55,128 nt of DNA from Deltaproteobacteria bacterium (GCA_016219105.1 JACRCI010000115.1:1-55128), one strand, 5' to 3'. Counted from the first letter of the stretch, positions 29,158-39,672 are shown. A program made the numbers and translations. The notes: generated from the letters alone by a model not told the origin.

Positions 29158-30054
29158 TTATGTATACCTTCCGATAAGCAGTTTTAAATCCTTCTTCGCC
29201 TTTGCCGGTATCGCCTTTTTATCGGTTATGACGGCGTACCTAAGCGCGCCGGCGCATTTGCATCCGCGTACGGCGGTCGTCCCGGTTATAAGGGGCACGG
29301 TCCTCCTTATTATCTCGCGGGCGGTCGAGACGTTCTTTTTGAGCGTTTCGATTATCATGTCCACCGTCACAGACTCCTCGGTTAAGTGCCAGCAGTCATA
29401 GTCCGTTGAAAGGGCCACGGTCGCGTAGCATATCTCGGCCTCCCTGGCGAGCTTGGCCTCCGGGATGTTGGTCATCCCTATGACGTCAACGCCCCATTTC
29501 CTGTATATGTTGGATTCCGCCCTCGTGGAGAACTGCGGGCCTTCTATGCAGAGATACGTCCCGCCTCTGTGCGTCCTGGCGCCCGCGGCAACCGAGGCCT
29601 TATAAAGGAACCCCGCGAGGTTCTGACACACGGGGTCGGCGAATTCCACGTGACCCGCCGCTCCATTGCCGAAAAACGTGCCGGCCCTTTTCGTCGTCCT
29701 GTCGAAGAACTGGTCCACTATGACCATGTCTCCGGGCGCGATATCCTCTCTCATGCTGCCAACGGCCGAAACGGAGATGAGCCACTCCACGCCGAGTTTT
29801 TTCATGCCGTAGATGTTGGCGCGGTAGTTTATCTCCGAGGGCAGCAGCCTGTGTCCCCTGCCGTGTCTCGGCAGGAACACCAGCCTTGCCTCCCCAAGCC
29901 TTCCGGTCACGAACTCATCGGACGGTTTCCCGAACGGGGTTGAAACGGCCACTGATTTAACGCCGGTCAAACCCTCCATGCCGTAAAGACCGCTTCCGCC
30001 TATGACGCCGATGACCTTTTCGGGTTTTACGCCTTTTCCGCCTTTTTTAACCAT
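29158..30054 (-). CDS. mtnP: S-methyl-5'-thioadenosine phosphorylase
   Basis: IGVIGGSGLY, FLPRHGRGH and GMT..PEAKLAREAE motifs of the MTAP/PNP family. Confidence 0.88.
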   Translation of the reverse strand: MVKKGGKGVKPEKVIGVIGGSGLYGMEGLTGVKSVAVSTPFGKPSDEFVTGRLGEARLVFLPRHGRGHRLLPSEINYRANIYGMKKLGVEWLISVSAVGSMREDIAPGDMVIVDQFFDRTTKRAGTFFGNGAAGHVEFADPVCQNLAGFLYKASVAAGARTHRGGTYLCIEGPQFSTRAESNIYRKWGVDVIGMTNIPEAKLAREAEICYATVALSTDYDCWHLTEESVTVDMIIETLKKNVSTAREIIRRTVPLITGTTAVRGCKCAGALRYAVITDKKAIPAKAKKDLKLLIGRYT

Positions 30055-30167
30055 ACCTGAAATTCTCCGGGCTGTTATTTAACGATATTTTGTAACATTA
30101 ACCAGGGAGCCAGGTCAATAAAAATGTTGGGGTTTTGGGGCCTGAGGCGGGCGGAAAAGCGGAAATC

Positions 30168-31229
30168 CTAAGAAGATTTCTCCCCCCTCAACTGCCCGCA
30201 CGCCGCGAGTATGTCGTTTCCCTTGCTTTCCCTCAGGAGCGCGGTATAGCCGGCGTTGAAAAGTATCTTCTGAAACGCCCCGATTGCGGACGTTTCCGGC
30301 CTTTTGAATTCAGACCCGGAAAAGGGGTTTAAGGGGATGAGGTTTATCTTGCACGGGACGCCTTTAAGCAGTTTCACAAGCCTCTCGGCGTCCCCGGTTG
30401 AATCGTTTACGCCCTTTATGAGCACGTATTCTATGGTGATGAGTCTGCGCGGAGGCAGCGGGTACGCCCTCAGGCTTCCAAGGAGCGTCTTTATCGGATA
30501 TTTTTTGTTGACCGGCATAATAAGCGTCCTTACCTCGTCGGTCGTCGCGTTTAAAGACACGGCGAGGTTTACCTTCGTATCCCTGCCGAGACCCTTTATC
30601 CCTGGAACGATCCCGGCTGTTGATACCGTCACCCTGCTTGAGGAAAAACCCATGCCTTCGGGGTCGGTAAGGACGCCAAGGAACCTTACGACGTTATCGT
30701 AATTCAAAAGCGGCTCGCCCATGCCCATGAGCACCACGTTCGTTATCCGTGTATGTTCTTTTACAAACCCGTTTTTTACGAGCAACGACGCGGCAAGGAC
30801 CTGGCCGATGAGTTCGGATGGTTTCAGGTTCCTTCCCGCCCCGGCCATGCCGGTAAGGCAAAAGCGGCACCCCAGGGCGCACCCTGCCTGCGTTGAAACG
30901 CAGAGCGTGAGCCTCTTTTCTCCCGGGATGAGGACGCTTTCGACCTTGACCCCGTCAGCAAGGGCGAGGAGCAGTTTTACGGTCCCATCGGCCGAGGTCT
31001 GAGTTCTCGCGACGTCCAAGGTCCCGACATGGTAGCCCGCCTCCTTAAGGGCCGAGCGGAACTCCTTCGAGATATCCGTCATCTCGTCTACGGAGCGCGC
31101 CCCTTTCTGGAAAAGCCACCTGTAAAGCTGCCCGGCCCTGTACGGCGTCTGGCCAAGGCCTTTTACGATGCCCTTCAGCTCTTCGAGGGTAAAGTCTCTG
31201 AGGTTCTTTCTGTCAGGACGGGAGGACAT
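30168..31229 (-). CDS. rlmN: 23S rRNA/tRNA (adenine-C2)-methyltransferase RlmN (radical SAM)
   Basis: YRAGQLYRWLF motif, CVSTQAGCALGCRFCLTG radical-SAM cluster and MGMGEPL motif. Start placed at ATG 31229, downstream of the preceding stop. Confidence 0.92.
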   Translation of the reverse strand: MSSRPDRKNLRDFTLEELKGIVKGLGQTPYRAGQLYRWLFQKGARSVDEMTDISKEFRSALKEAGYHVGTLDVARTQTSADGTVKLLLALADGVKVESVLIPGEKRLTLCVSTQAGCALGCRFCLTGMAGAGRNLKPSELIGQVLAASLLVKNGFVKEHTRITNVVLMGMGEPLLNYDNVVRFLGVLTDPEGMGFSSSRVTVSTAGIVPGIKGLGRDTKVNLAVSLNATTDEVRTLIMPVNKKYPIKTLLGSLRAYPLPPRRLITIEYVLIKGVNDSTGDAERLVKLLKGVPCKINLIPLNPFSGSEFKRPETSAIGAFQKILFNAGYTALLRESKGNDILAACGQLRGEKSS

Positions 31230-31251
31230 TTTCGGGCGCGCGGCTGGAATG

Positions 31252-32142
31252 TTACTTCTCCACCCTTGATATGAGCCAGTAGACACCGCCGAGCACCGCC
31301 ACCGCCGCTATGAGGGAGAGCTGAGCGCCAAGCGCCTCGTGCGCGAGGGAGGCCACGAGGATTTTCCTTATTACCGCCACGAGCGCCACGCTTATGAATA
31401 TCTTGACGGTGAACTTGCCGCCCTTGAGGTGTTCTATCTCGGTGTCCATAAGCTCTATGACCACCCAGAGCATGAGCAGGCTTCCGAGCGTGGAGAGGAG
31501 GCCCTTTTCCATCTCACCACCCTCGAACATGTGCGTGAGGTCGTATATGAAAAGTCCCATGACCATCACGCCCAGCACAACCAGCCCCAGGACCAACGTG
31601 AGGTTCAGCCCGTAGGAAAAACGCTTCGAGAAATGGATGAGGTAGGATTCGACCCTGTAGGAAATAAAACTTACCTTTTTCTCCTCCTCTATGTATGAGC
31701 TCGTAAAGACGTCCAGGTTTATGTCGAGTATCTTATCGACCGAGCCGGAAAGGTATAAGCACTCCTTGGGGTCCCGCACCTCCCTTTTAAGGACGTCCAT
31801 CATGTACATTTTCACGAAGTGCATGGAGGTGTTCACGTAATGCGCGCTCAGGTTTATGTCCACGTGCACCGTGCCGACGCGCTCCAGTTCCTGAAAATAC
31901 GTCGGCCCGTATTCGCCGGAAAAAAGACGCAGGAACCACGCGCCTATGGCCTCCTGATGCCTTTTTATGACCTCCGCGTCCTTGAGGAACTTCGATGTGT
32001 CCTCGAAATTTTTTATATGGCCGTAGAACGCCTCGACAAAGCCGTGCCGGTGGGCCTCCATAAGCGGCAGAAGGCTTTTAAGGTTCAACACGTCCTTTGC
32101 CGTGAAATTATAATGCGCCTTTATCCTCTCTATGTTATCCAC
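31252..32142 (-). CDS. sensor globin (protoglobin-like) fused to a PsiE-like 4-TM membrane domain
   Basis: The N-terminal ~150 aa show a globin-coupled-sensor pattern (FY.HI..F, ERVGTVHVDINL with a putative proximal His). The C-terminal ~130 aa resemble E. coli PsiE (LWVVIELMDTEI...ISVALVAVIRKILV). Confidence 0.6.
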   Translation of the reverse strand: MDNIERIKAHYNFTAKDVLNLKSLLPLMEAHRHGFVEAFYGHIKNFEDTSKFLKDAEVIKRHQEAIGAWFLRLFSGEYGPTYFQELERVGTVHVDINLSAHYVNTSMHFVKMYMMDVLKREVRDPKECLYLSGSVDKILDINLDVFTSSYIEEEKKVSFISYRVESYLIHFSKRFSYGLNLTLVLGLVVLGVMVMGLFIYDLTHMFEGGEMEKGLLSTLGSLLMLWVVIELMDTEIEHLKGGKFTVKIFISVALVAVIRKILVASLAHEALGAQLSLIAAVAVLGGVYWLISRVEK

Positions 32143-32147
32143 CGGGG

Positions 32148-32573
32148 CTAACCCCTGTCCTTTATCTCGAGCGAGTTGAAGAAATAAGCTATCTCGAACC
32201 GGGCCGTGTCCGAAGCGTCCGAGCCGTGCACGATGTTCGATTCTATGGAGTCGGCGAAGTCTTTGCGTATCGTGCCCGCCGCGGCGTCTTTGGGGTTTGT
32301 GGCGCCCATTATGTCCCTCACCTTTTTTACGGCCCCCTCTCCCTCAAGCGCCATGACCGCCACGGGCCCCGAACTCATGAAAGAGGTCAGGCTCTGAAAA
32401 AAAGGCCTTTCCCTGTGCACCGCGTAAAAGCCCTCGGCCTCCTTCTTCGTAATACTCAGCATCCTGAGGCCAACGACCCTGAGACCGGCCTTTTCAAACC
32501 TCCCGATGACCGCGCCCACGAGGTTTTTCCTCACTCCGTCGGGCTTTACTATGGAAAGGGTTCTCTCTGTCAT
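32148..32573 (-). CDS. ndk: nucleoside diphosphate kinase
   Basis: [12 protein letters not shown] motif and NIVHGSD active-site His motif. Confidence 0.95.
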   Translation of the reverse strand: MTERTLSIVKPDGVRKNLVGAVIGRFEKAGLRVVGLRMLSITKKEAEGFYAVHRERPFFQSLTSFMSSGPVAVMALEGEGAVKKVRDIMGATNPKDAAAGTIRKDFADSIESNIVHGSDASDTARFEIAYFFNSLEIKDRG

Positions 32574-32728
32574 TGAATTTTCTCCGGGTGTTTTTTGAAA
32601 AGTTAAAAAAACGGCGAACCGTCGCGCGAGGATTGATTACGCGGCCTGCCTCAAATTGCGCTATAAAAAAATGCCTTGTTTTTCGACCGGCAACCTGCCG
32701 TTCGTCCTGACGGCCATGCCGGCCCTCT

Positions 32729-32968
32729 TCAGACCCCTGATGTGCCGCCGAAACCGACCGTGATCTTCGTCCCTTTTTCCGTATATTCGACTATCACCGG
32801 GACGGTGCGCTCGCCGCTGAAGGCCAGCATCTTTTTCATGCCGTTGGGGTCGGCATTGACGTTTACGTACTCGACGGCGTAACCTCTCCTTGAGTAGTCC
32901 TCGCGGGCCGCCGTTGTATACGGGCAGGTGTCTTTACCGAATATCAATACCTTTTTTTCTCCGGCCAT
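32729..32968 (-). CDS. glutaredoxin-like protein (CPYT active site)
   Basis: 79 aa from ATG 32968 (MAGEKKVLIFGKDTCPYT). Thioredoxin-fold pattern with RTVPVI, and it ends in GFGGTSGV. Confidence 0.7.
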   Translation of the reverse strand: MAGEKKVLIFGKDTCPYTTAAREDYSRRGYAVEYVNVNADPNGMKKMLAFSGERTVPVIVEYTEKGTKITVGFGGTSGV

Positions 32969-33082
32969 GGCCGCCTCGGGTCTCGCTTTCCTGAGAATAT
33001 TATTAACACCAAAAGTCCTTATTGGCAAGTATTAATAGCCTTTCGGGGTTTAATTACACGCAGCTTGCCGCGCATGTCGTTT

Positions 33083-33243
33083 CCTCTCCCCTTGGGGGAG
33101 AGGACTAAGGTGAGGGGGAAAATGTCCGCGGGCTACGGCGCCCCCTCATCCCAGCCTTCTCCCCATGGGGAGAAGGGGCAAACCGCTTCTCCCATTTGGG
33201 GCGAGAGCCTGCCCCGAACTTGTTTCTGGGGTGACAAACCCCA
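33083..33243. repeat. cluster of REP-like palindromic hairpins in the nth to grx-like spacer
   Basis: CCTCTCCCC-TTG-GGGGAGAGG (33083-33103), TGAGGGGG...CCCCCTCA (33111-33148), CCTTCTCCCC..GGGGAGAAGG (33155-33176), a degenerate third copy near 33186-33208 and TGGGGT-GACAA-ACCCCA (33227-33243). Confidence 0.6.
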
Positions 33244-33280
33244 AAGCCACGCTCAGGGGAGGTTCATTGGCCCGGCGCGG

Positions 33281-33937
33281 CTACCTCGCCCTTTCCACCC
33301 CGGCCCTCGCGCAGAACCTGAAGAGCCTGCACCCTGAGCAAAAAGGCGAAATGGGCCTGCAGACGTTCTGTCCGAACGTCACAAGAAGGTCGTTCAGGAC
33401 GATCCAGTATCTCCTCAGGAGCTTTCTTCTGAGCGCGAACTCCGTTTCTTCGGGCGTTTTTGTCTTTACATACCCCCACCGGTTGGCAATCCTGTGCACG
33501 TGCGTGTCAACGCATATTCCGGGCTTATTGTAGCCCATGGTAAGGACGAGGTTCGCGGTCTTCCTTCCGACCCCCTTGAGGCTTAAAAGCCCCTCCATGG
33601 TATCCGGCACCCTGGAGTAGTGCCTGGATATGAGTTCATTCGCAATCTGCCTCAACCGGCGCGCCTTGACCCTGTAAAAACCGACCGGGTAGATGGCCTT
33701 TTCTATGACGCCAACGGCAAGCGAACTCAAGCCCGCCGGGGTTTTTGCCTTCTCGAAAAGCCTCGTTGACGCCGCCCTTGTCGTCGAATCCTTTGTCCTG
33801 AGGCTCAGCACGCAGGACACGAGCACCCTGAACGGGTCTTTCCCTTCCCCCGCGACCTCGGTTAAGTAGGGGGTTTCAAAACGAATGGACTCTTTTTTGA
33901 GTATCTTTATCGCGGCGGCCATGTCTGACTGACGCAT
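33281..33937 (-). CDS. nth: endonuclease III (HhH-GPD DNA glycosylase with 4Fe-4S loop)
   Basis: LKGVGRKTANLVL HhH motif, DTHVHRI motif and a C-terminal CX6CX2CX5C cluster (CRPISPFCSGCRLFRFC). Confidence 0.9.
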   Translation of the reverse strand: MRQSDMAAAIKILKKESIRFETPYLTEVAGEGKDPFRVLVSCVLSLRTKDSTTRAASTRLFEKAKTPAGLSSLAVGVIEKAIYPVGFYRVKARRLRQIANELISRHYSRVPDTMEGLLSLKGVGRKTANLVLTMGYNKPGICVDTHVHRIANRWGYVKTKTPEETEFALRRKLLRRYWIVLNDLLVTFGQNVCRPISPFCSGCRLFRFCARAGVERAR

Positions 33938-34012
33938 GAGACGACATCCTTCCCGGTCGCAATGCGGAGCTTTAAAATGCCTGCCCCCGTGAAAACAGAG
34001 GATGGAACGCGG

Positions 34013-34044
34013 ATAAAAAAGGGCGGCCGCTTTAGCGGCCGCCC
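34013..34044 (-). terminator. rho-independent terminator downstream of groEL
   Basis: Minus strand reads GGGCGGCCGC-TAAA-GCGGCCGCCC followed by TTTTTTAT. Confidence 0.85.
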
Positions 34045-34088
34045 CATATCAATTAACATCAAACCTGCGTTCGCATCAAACCTGTTGC

Positions 34089-35750
<1,662 letters not shown>

Positions 35751-35773
35751 TTAAAGTTTGAAATACGGAATGC

Positions 35774-36061
35774 CTACCCCTCTATCACGCCGAGTATGTC
35801 CTCTTCCCTCATTATGAGGTGCTCCTCTCCCTCTATCTTGACCTCAGAGCCGGCGTATTTGGAGAATAGGACCTTATCGCCCTTTTTGATGTCTACCGGG
35901 ACTAATACGCCTTTGTCGTCGCGCTTGCCGGGGCCCACGGCAATGACCTTGCCCTCGGCCGACGCCTCCTTGGCCGAGTCCGGGATGATAATCCCGCCCT
36001 TGGTCTTTTCCTCCTCGAGTCTCTTTACGATTACACGGTCATGCAACGGTCTGATCTTCAT
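35774..36061 (-). CDS. groS: co-chaperonin GroES
   Basis: [32 protein letters not shown]. Confidence 0.96.
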   Translation of the reverse strand: MKIRPLHDRVIVKRLEEEKTKGGIIIPDSAKEASAEGKVIAVGPGKRDDKGVLVPVDIKKGDKVLFSKYAGSEVKIEGEEHLIMREEDILGVIEG

Positions 36062-36201
36062 GCGAATTACCCTCCTTGGAATTTTAAATACTATTGCCTT
36101 ATGATTTTCAGAAACGACTCCCCCTGTGCGACGACGCCGGATGCCTTATTTGAGAGGTACGGCGAAATTTCCGGGAGGTATTCCAGTAAATCGTATACAT
36201 G

Positions 36202-36230
36202 AATATATGTACCTTGTCTGGTTTTGTCAA
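36202..36230 (-). promoter_or_regulatory. candidate sigma-70 promoter of groES-groEL
   Basis: Minus strand reads TTGACA-N17-TATATT, about 140 nt upstream of the groES ATG and immediately downstream of CIRCE. Confidence 0.45.
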
Positions 36231-36238
36231 GGGGTTTT

Positions 36239-36265
36239 TTAGCACTCTATGCCGGAGAGTGCTAA
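36239..36265. promoter_or_regulatory. CIRCE operator (HrcA binding site)
   Basis: Perfect TTAGCACTC-N9-GAGTGCTAA inverted repeat upstream of groES. Confidence 0.92.
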
Positions 36266-36273
36266 AAGCTTGC

Positions 36274-36300
36274 TTGCAAAACGGCATATTCTGGTATAAA
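36274..36300 (+). promoter_or_regulatory. candidate extended -10 promoter for the divergent hypothetical gene
   Basis: TTGCAA-N15-TATAAA with a TG extension (TGGTATAAA), about 55 nt upstream of ATG 36354. Confidence 0.4.
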
Positions 36301-36353
36301 ATATAACTAATACAACTGCAGTTAACGAAAATGCGGGGAAAAAGGGCAAAAAA

Positions 36354-36932
36354 ATGTTTACCGAAACGTCCCCTCTTGAATATTTCAGCGCACTCGTTTC
36401 AAAGGCCATGAAAGACCAGGGCATCGCGGCAAGCGATACGGCCGGGTTCTATATCTCAAGCCTGCTCGCGAGTTACGTCGCGAGCAGAAAACTTTCGGAC
36501 GAGGCGTTTGCCGCAAGGTTCTTGAAAGCGCTCGGGGCCGAGAGAGAGGTAAAAAATGTCCTCTTGAAGGAAATAGGAGACTCCTCGCTCTTTATGACCG
36601 GCTTTTTCCACGAGAGCTTCAAACGCAAGGTCGTGGACATAGACTACTACGTGGGCATGGGGATCATGTCATACGCAAGCCTTGCCGATTCCCTTCATGA
36701 AAAAAGCCGCCGCGCCACTGCCCTTGCCTCCATATACATGGAGCTTTCGGATAAGTTCGTAGAGTTCATGGACGTATTGAACGAGATAAGCGAGAGGAGC
36801 GGGATAAAGACCGCCCTCGACACGTTAAGGCTCTACGAAAGGTGGCTGAAGACCGGCAGCCCCCGCACAAAGGCCATACTGAAGGAACTCGGCATAGACC
36901 CGGTGAGGGTGCCGGTAAAACCGATGCAGTGA
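36354..36932 (+). CDS. hypothetical protein, 192 aa, predicted all-alpha
   Basis: Long ORF divergent from groES with a purine-rich stretch (GGGGAAAAAGGG) upstream. No family was recognised from the sequence. Confidence 0.5.
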   Translation: MFTETSPLEYFSALVSKAMKDQGIAASDTAGFYISSLLASYVASRKLSDEAFAARFLKALGAEREVKNVLLKEIGDSSLFMTGFFHESFKRKVVDIDYYVGMGIMSYASLADSLHEKSRRATALASIYMELSDKFVEFMDVLNEISERSGIKTALDTLRLYERWLKTGSPRTKAILKELGIDPVRVPVKPMQ

Positions 36933-37004
36933 CCTCCCCCCGCGCCGCAAAAACCTTGTCGGCAGACATGGCGCTGTGGTATGGTAACTTATGGAGGTGA
37001 TGAT

Positions 37005-37214
37005 ATGAGAATTGTTATTATTACCCCGGCCGAAGAAGGCGGTTTCGTCGCCGAGTGTCCTTCATTGCCGGGCTGTATGTCTGAGGGCGAAACACGCGAG
37101 GCGACGATCGAGAACATCAAGGAAGCAATGAGGGGATATATCGCCGCGCTCGAACAGGACGGGTTGCCAGTCCCCGGCGAAGTAGAATCCGAGGTGCTCG
37201 AACTCGCCGTATGA
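37005..37214 (+). CDS. hicB: HicB-family antitoxin (UPF0150)
   Basis: MRIVIITPAEEGGFVAECPSLPGCMSEGETREATIENIKEA is typical of small HicB proteins. GGAGGTG RBS lies upstream of ATG 37005, and the stop overlaps the hicA start (ATGA). Confidence 0.75.
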   Translation: MRIVIITPAEEGGFVAECPSLPGCMSEGETREATIENIKEAMRGYIAALEQDGLPVPGEVESEVLELAV

Positions 37215-37432
37215 CCAGGCTCCCCGGCGTCTCCGGCAAACAGTGCATCAGGGCGCTTGAACGCGCTGGTTTCAAGCTCGTGCGTACCGAAGGCTCACAT
37301 CACTACATGCGCCGGGTCCTTCCGTTTTGCCAGGTCTCCGTCCCGCTCCACCGCTCGCTCAAAAAAGGCCTGCTCCATGGGATACTCAGGTCTGCGGGCC
37401 TCTCCGTGGAAGACTTCCTCAAGCTCCTGTAA
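37211..37432 (+). CDS. hicA: HicA-family mRNA interferase toxin
   Basis: G..CIRALERAGFKLVRTEGSHH motif and a C-terminal L.GILRSAGLSVEDF motif of the YcfA/HicA family. Confidence 0.8.
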   Translation: MTRLPGVSGKQCIRALERAGFKLVRTEGSHHYMRRVLPFCQVSVPLHRSLKKGLLHGILRSAGLSVEDFLKLL

Positions 37433-37652
37433 GCCCTCCTGTTCTCAACCCTATGGATAAGTCGAATAGGGAGTGCGGCAGGCGCGGGCAACACGCATAA
37501 AACCCCTTTTAGCATTGAAATTACGCGCGCCTAAAGAGCGCTCAACGGTGAAGTCGTCCTGAAGATGGGTATCTTATATCTGGAAGAGAGGTTTTGAGGG
37601 TGATAGAGGAAAGGACGAGGCGGGGATGAGCTTCATTAATTTTATCTTTTAC

Positions 37653-38837
37653 TTACGATATTACGGCTTGATGGTGAATCGTTCCCCAAAGAAAGACAAA
37701 AGCAAAAAACAGAAGTATTACCGATGCGCCTACAAATGAAAAGGCAAGGCCAAAATAGGCGGCGATAAATCCCGAGATTAAAGGCCCCGTTGTATGGCCC
37801 ATATCCATTATTGAGCCGAGTGTCCCCATGGCTACTCCATGCGTCTCTTTTTTGCTGAGATCCGCAATCAATGCGGCGGTCGCTGAAGTCACGATGGAAA
37901 GGGATAGACCGAATGATACACTTAATACAAGCAGAGGTACAAAGGAAGTAAAGAACGAGAAAGCCCCGATGCAGACAGCGCCAATTATCGCACCAGCAAA
38001 TATCTGAGGTCTCCTTCCATGTTTATCAGAGAACCTCCCCATCACGGGCTTGGCAAGGGCAAGGGTTATGACTTGTGCGGAAAGGAATATGCCGACAATA
38101 TAGGCGCTAAGGCCTATCTTCAATGAATATAGAGGCAGGAAGGTCTCAAACGTTCCGTATGCAAACAGTATCGCCGCTTCAACTACGCTGGTAAAGAGTA
38201 TCTCCTTATTGGAGATTACCGTCTTGAAGGCCCTTAGAGTTTCCTTCCAGTTCTGATAATTCTTTGCGCCGCCGTTGGGGTCCGGTATCTTCAGCGCCAG
38301 CAATAGCACCAGTATGCCTGCCCCGCCGCATACAAGATATACAACCTTATACCCGATCTCAGGATTCAGCGCCATTGCGCCGATTATCGCCCCTCCGATC
38401 ACCGGCGCCATGAATCTTCCGAACAGCGTGGCCGTTGAAAACCAGCCCATCCTTTCTCCGCGCTCGCCGTGAAAAAGGCCGGCGATCAAGGCCATTGCCA
38501 CCGGCACGAATATGGCTGTTGCGAGGCCATGATAAAACCTGATTATAGCGAGCTGCCATATCTTTGTGACTAACAGATAGAGAAAAGGCGCCGAGGCAAA
38601 TATAATGGCGGATATGACAAGCAATCTTTTTCTACCCCATCTGTCTGCGAGTATGCCAGCCGGGATGCTCGCCACAATCCCCGTAAAGGCGGATACGGCG
38701 GCGACCATCCCGACCATTGACGGGTCTCCGCCGAGGTAAGATGTAAAAAGAGGGAGCGCAGGGCTTTTTGATATGGTGGAGCTGAATATGGCGAAGAGGC
38801 CTGTGGCGCAGAGCAGTATAAAAGGACTTGGCTTCAT
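37653..38837 (-). CDS. MFS transporter
   Basis: 394 aa with about 12 TM helices and the MFS signature GILADRWGRKR between TM2 and TM3. Confidence 0.85.
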   Translation of the reverse strand: MKPSPFILLCATGLFAIFSSTISKSPALPLFTSYLGGDPSMVGMVAAVSAFTGIVASIPAGILADRWGRKRLLVISAIIFASAPFLYLLVTKIWQLAIIRFYHGLATAIFVPVAMALIAGLFHGERGERMGWFSTATLFGRFMAPVIGGAIIGAMALNPEIGYKVVYLVCGGAGILVLLLALKIPDPNGGAKNYQNWKETLRAFKTVISNKEILFTSVVEAAILFAYGTFETFLPLYSLKIGLSAYIVGIFLSAQVITLALAKPVMGRFSDKHGRRPQIFAGAIIGAVCIGAFSFFTSFVPLLVLSVSFGLSLSIVTSATAALIADLSKKETHGVAMGTLGSIMDMGHTTGPLISGFIAAYFGLAFSFVGASVILLFFAFVFLWGTIHHQAVIS

Positions 38838-39385
38838 CCTCTGTTTATCAGTCCCTGTATCTCCTTATGATAAGAGAGATACCGGCCGAGGGTCTTTTCG
38901 TTCTTGCCGTATCGGAGATGGTTTTTCAGTATCTCGACAAAACCCGTTTCCGCATCCGATTCAGACCCGATCGCAACAATCCCGTCCATTACGATATCCA
39001 CAAGCCTGTCGGCATATATGATAATCTTTTCCTCAAGGGTCTTAAGAGAGTAATCCTTTACGGGCAACCCGAGTTCGAAAGCCTCGTCTTTCGTTAATCC
39101 GCCCCTGATGTGTTTCTCCATGATATCCGTTATTGCCTGTGGAAGGCCGAGTTTCTTCCCCATATCCGCCCCGATCATGCCGTGCTCGATATCATGCGTC
39201 ACCGCCTTGCCGAGGTCATGGAACAGGGCGCCCCTACCGATTGTCTCCATATCAAGACCGGCGTCTGTCCTTAAAGCAATCTCAAGCGCCTTTTCCGCCA
39301 CCTTCAAACAATGTTTTATGTCGTCTTCCGGCACCCCCGCCTTTCTGAGCAGATGCACGTCCGAGTCTTGAATCATGTAATCCAT
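38834..39385 (-). CDS. HD/HDIG domain phosphohydrolase (TIGR00295-like)
   Basis: ALFHDLGK (H..HD) motif and a YADRL motif. The stop overlaps the MFS start by 4 bp. Confidence 0.78.
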   Translation of the reverse strand: MDYMIQDSDVHLLRKAGVPEDDIKHCLKVAEKALEIALRTDAGLDMETIGRGALFHDLGKAVTHDIEHGMIGADMGKKLGLPQAITDIMEKHIRGGLTKDEAFELGLPVKDYSLKTLEEKIIIYADRLVDIVMDGIVAIGSESDAETGFVEILKNHLRYGKNEKTLGRYLSYHKEIQGLINRG

Positions 39386-39387
39386 GG

Positions 39388-39672
39388 CTATTTTACCCCG
39401 AAATACGAGAGCGCGTCGGTAACGGCCTTCTCTATGTCTTGCTGTATGTGATTGAACTTTGTCTTCACGTCATCATGGATGTGCCGGATATATTCTTCCC
39501 GAGCCTCCTTGCCATACTTTTCTTCCATCATCTTTCCATATTCATGAATCATGGTGATATCGTGCCTCTCCGCCTTTTTCGCAGGGTCGGCATCAAGCCA
39601 TTCATGCACCTCACGATAGTCCTTCCCTGTACTTTCCATGCTTATCTTCAAGTGGTCATTGATAGGCGGCAT
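39388..39672 (-). CDS. small hypothetical protein (94 aa, His/Glu/Lys-rich)
   Basis: ORF sits 2 bp upstream of the HD gene in the same orientation. No family was recognised. Confidence 0.5.
   Translation of the reverse strand: MPPINDHLKISMESTGKDYREVHEWLDADPAKKAERHDITMIHEYGKMMEEKYGKEAREEYIRHIHDDVKTKFNHIQQDIEKAVTDALSYFGVK

Noticed and set aside
32604-32625. Terminator between the grx-like gene and ndk (ACGG-TTCG-CCGT followed by T7 on the minus strand)
   Set aside because: The stem is only 4-5 bp, which is too weak to call with confidence. The two genes may be co-transcribed.
32700-32731. Read-through of the grx-like TGA stop as selenocysteine
   Set aside because: Read-through would add about 25 residues of non-conserved-looking sequence (RGPAWPSGRTAGCRSKNKAFFYSAI). 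Only weak 4-5-bp hairpins follow the TGA, with no convincing bacterial SECIS.
33065-33337. 90-aa plus-strand ORF (PLPLGERTKVRG...)
   Set aside because: It is generated by translating the palindromic REP-like hairpins. It also overlaps the 3' end of nth on the opposite strand.
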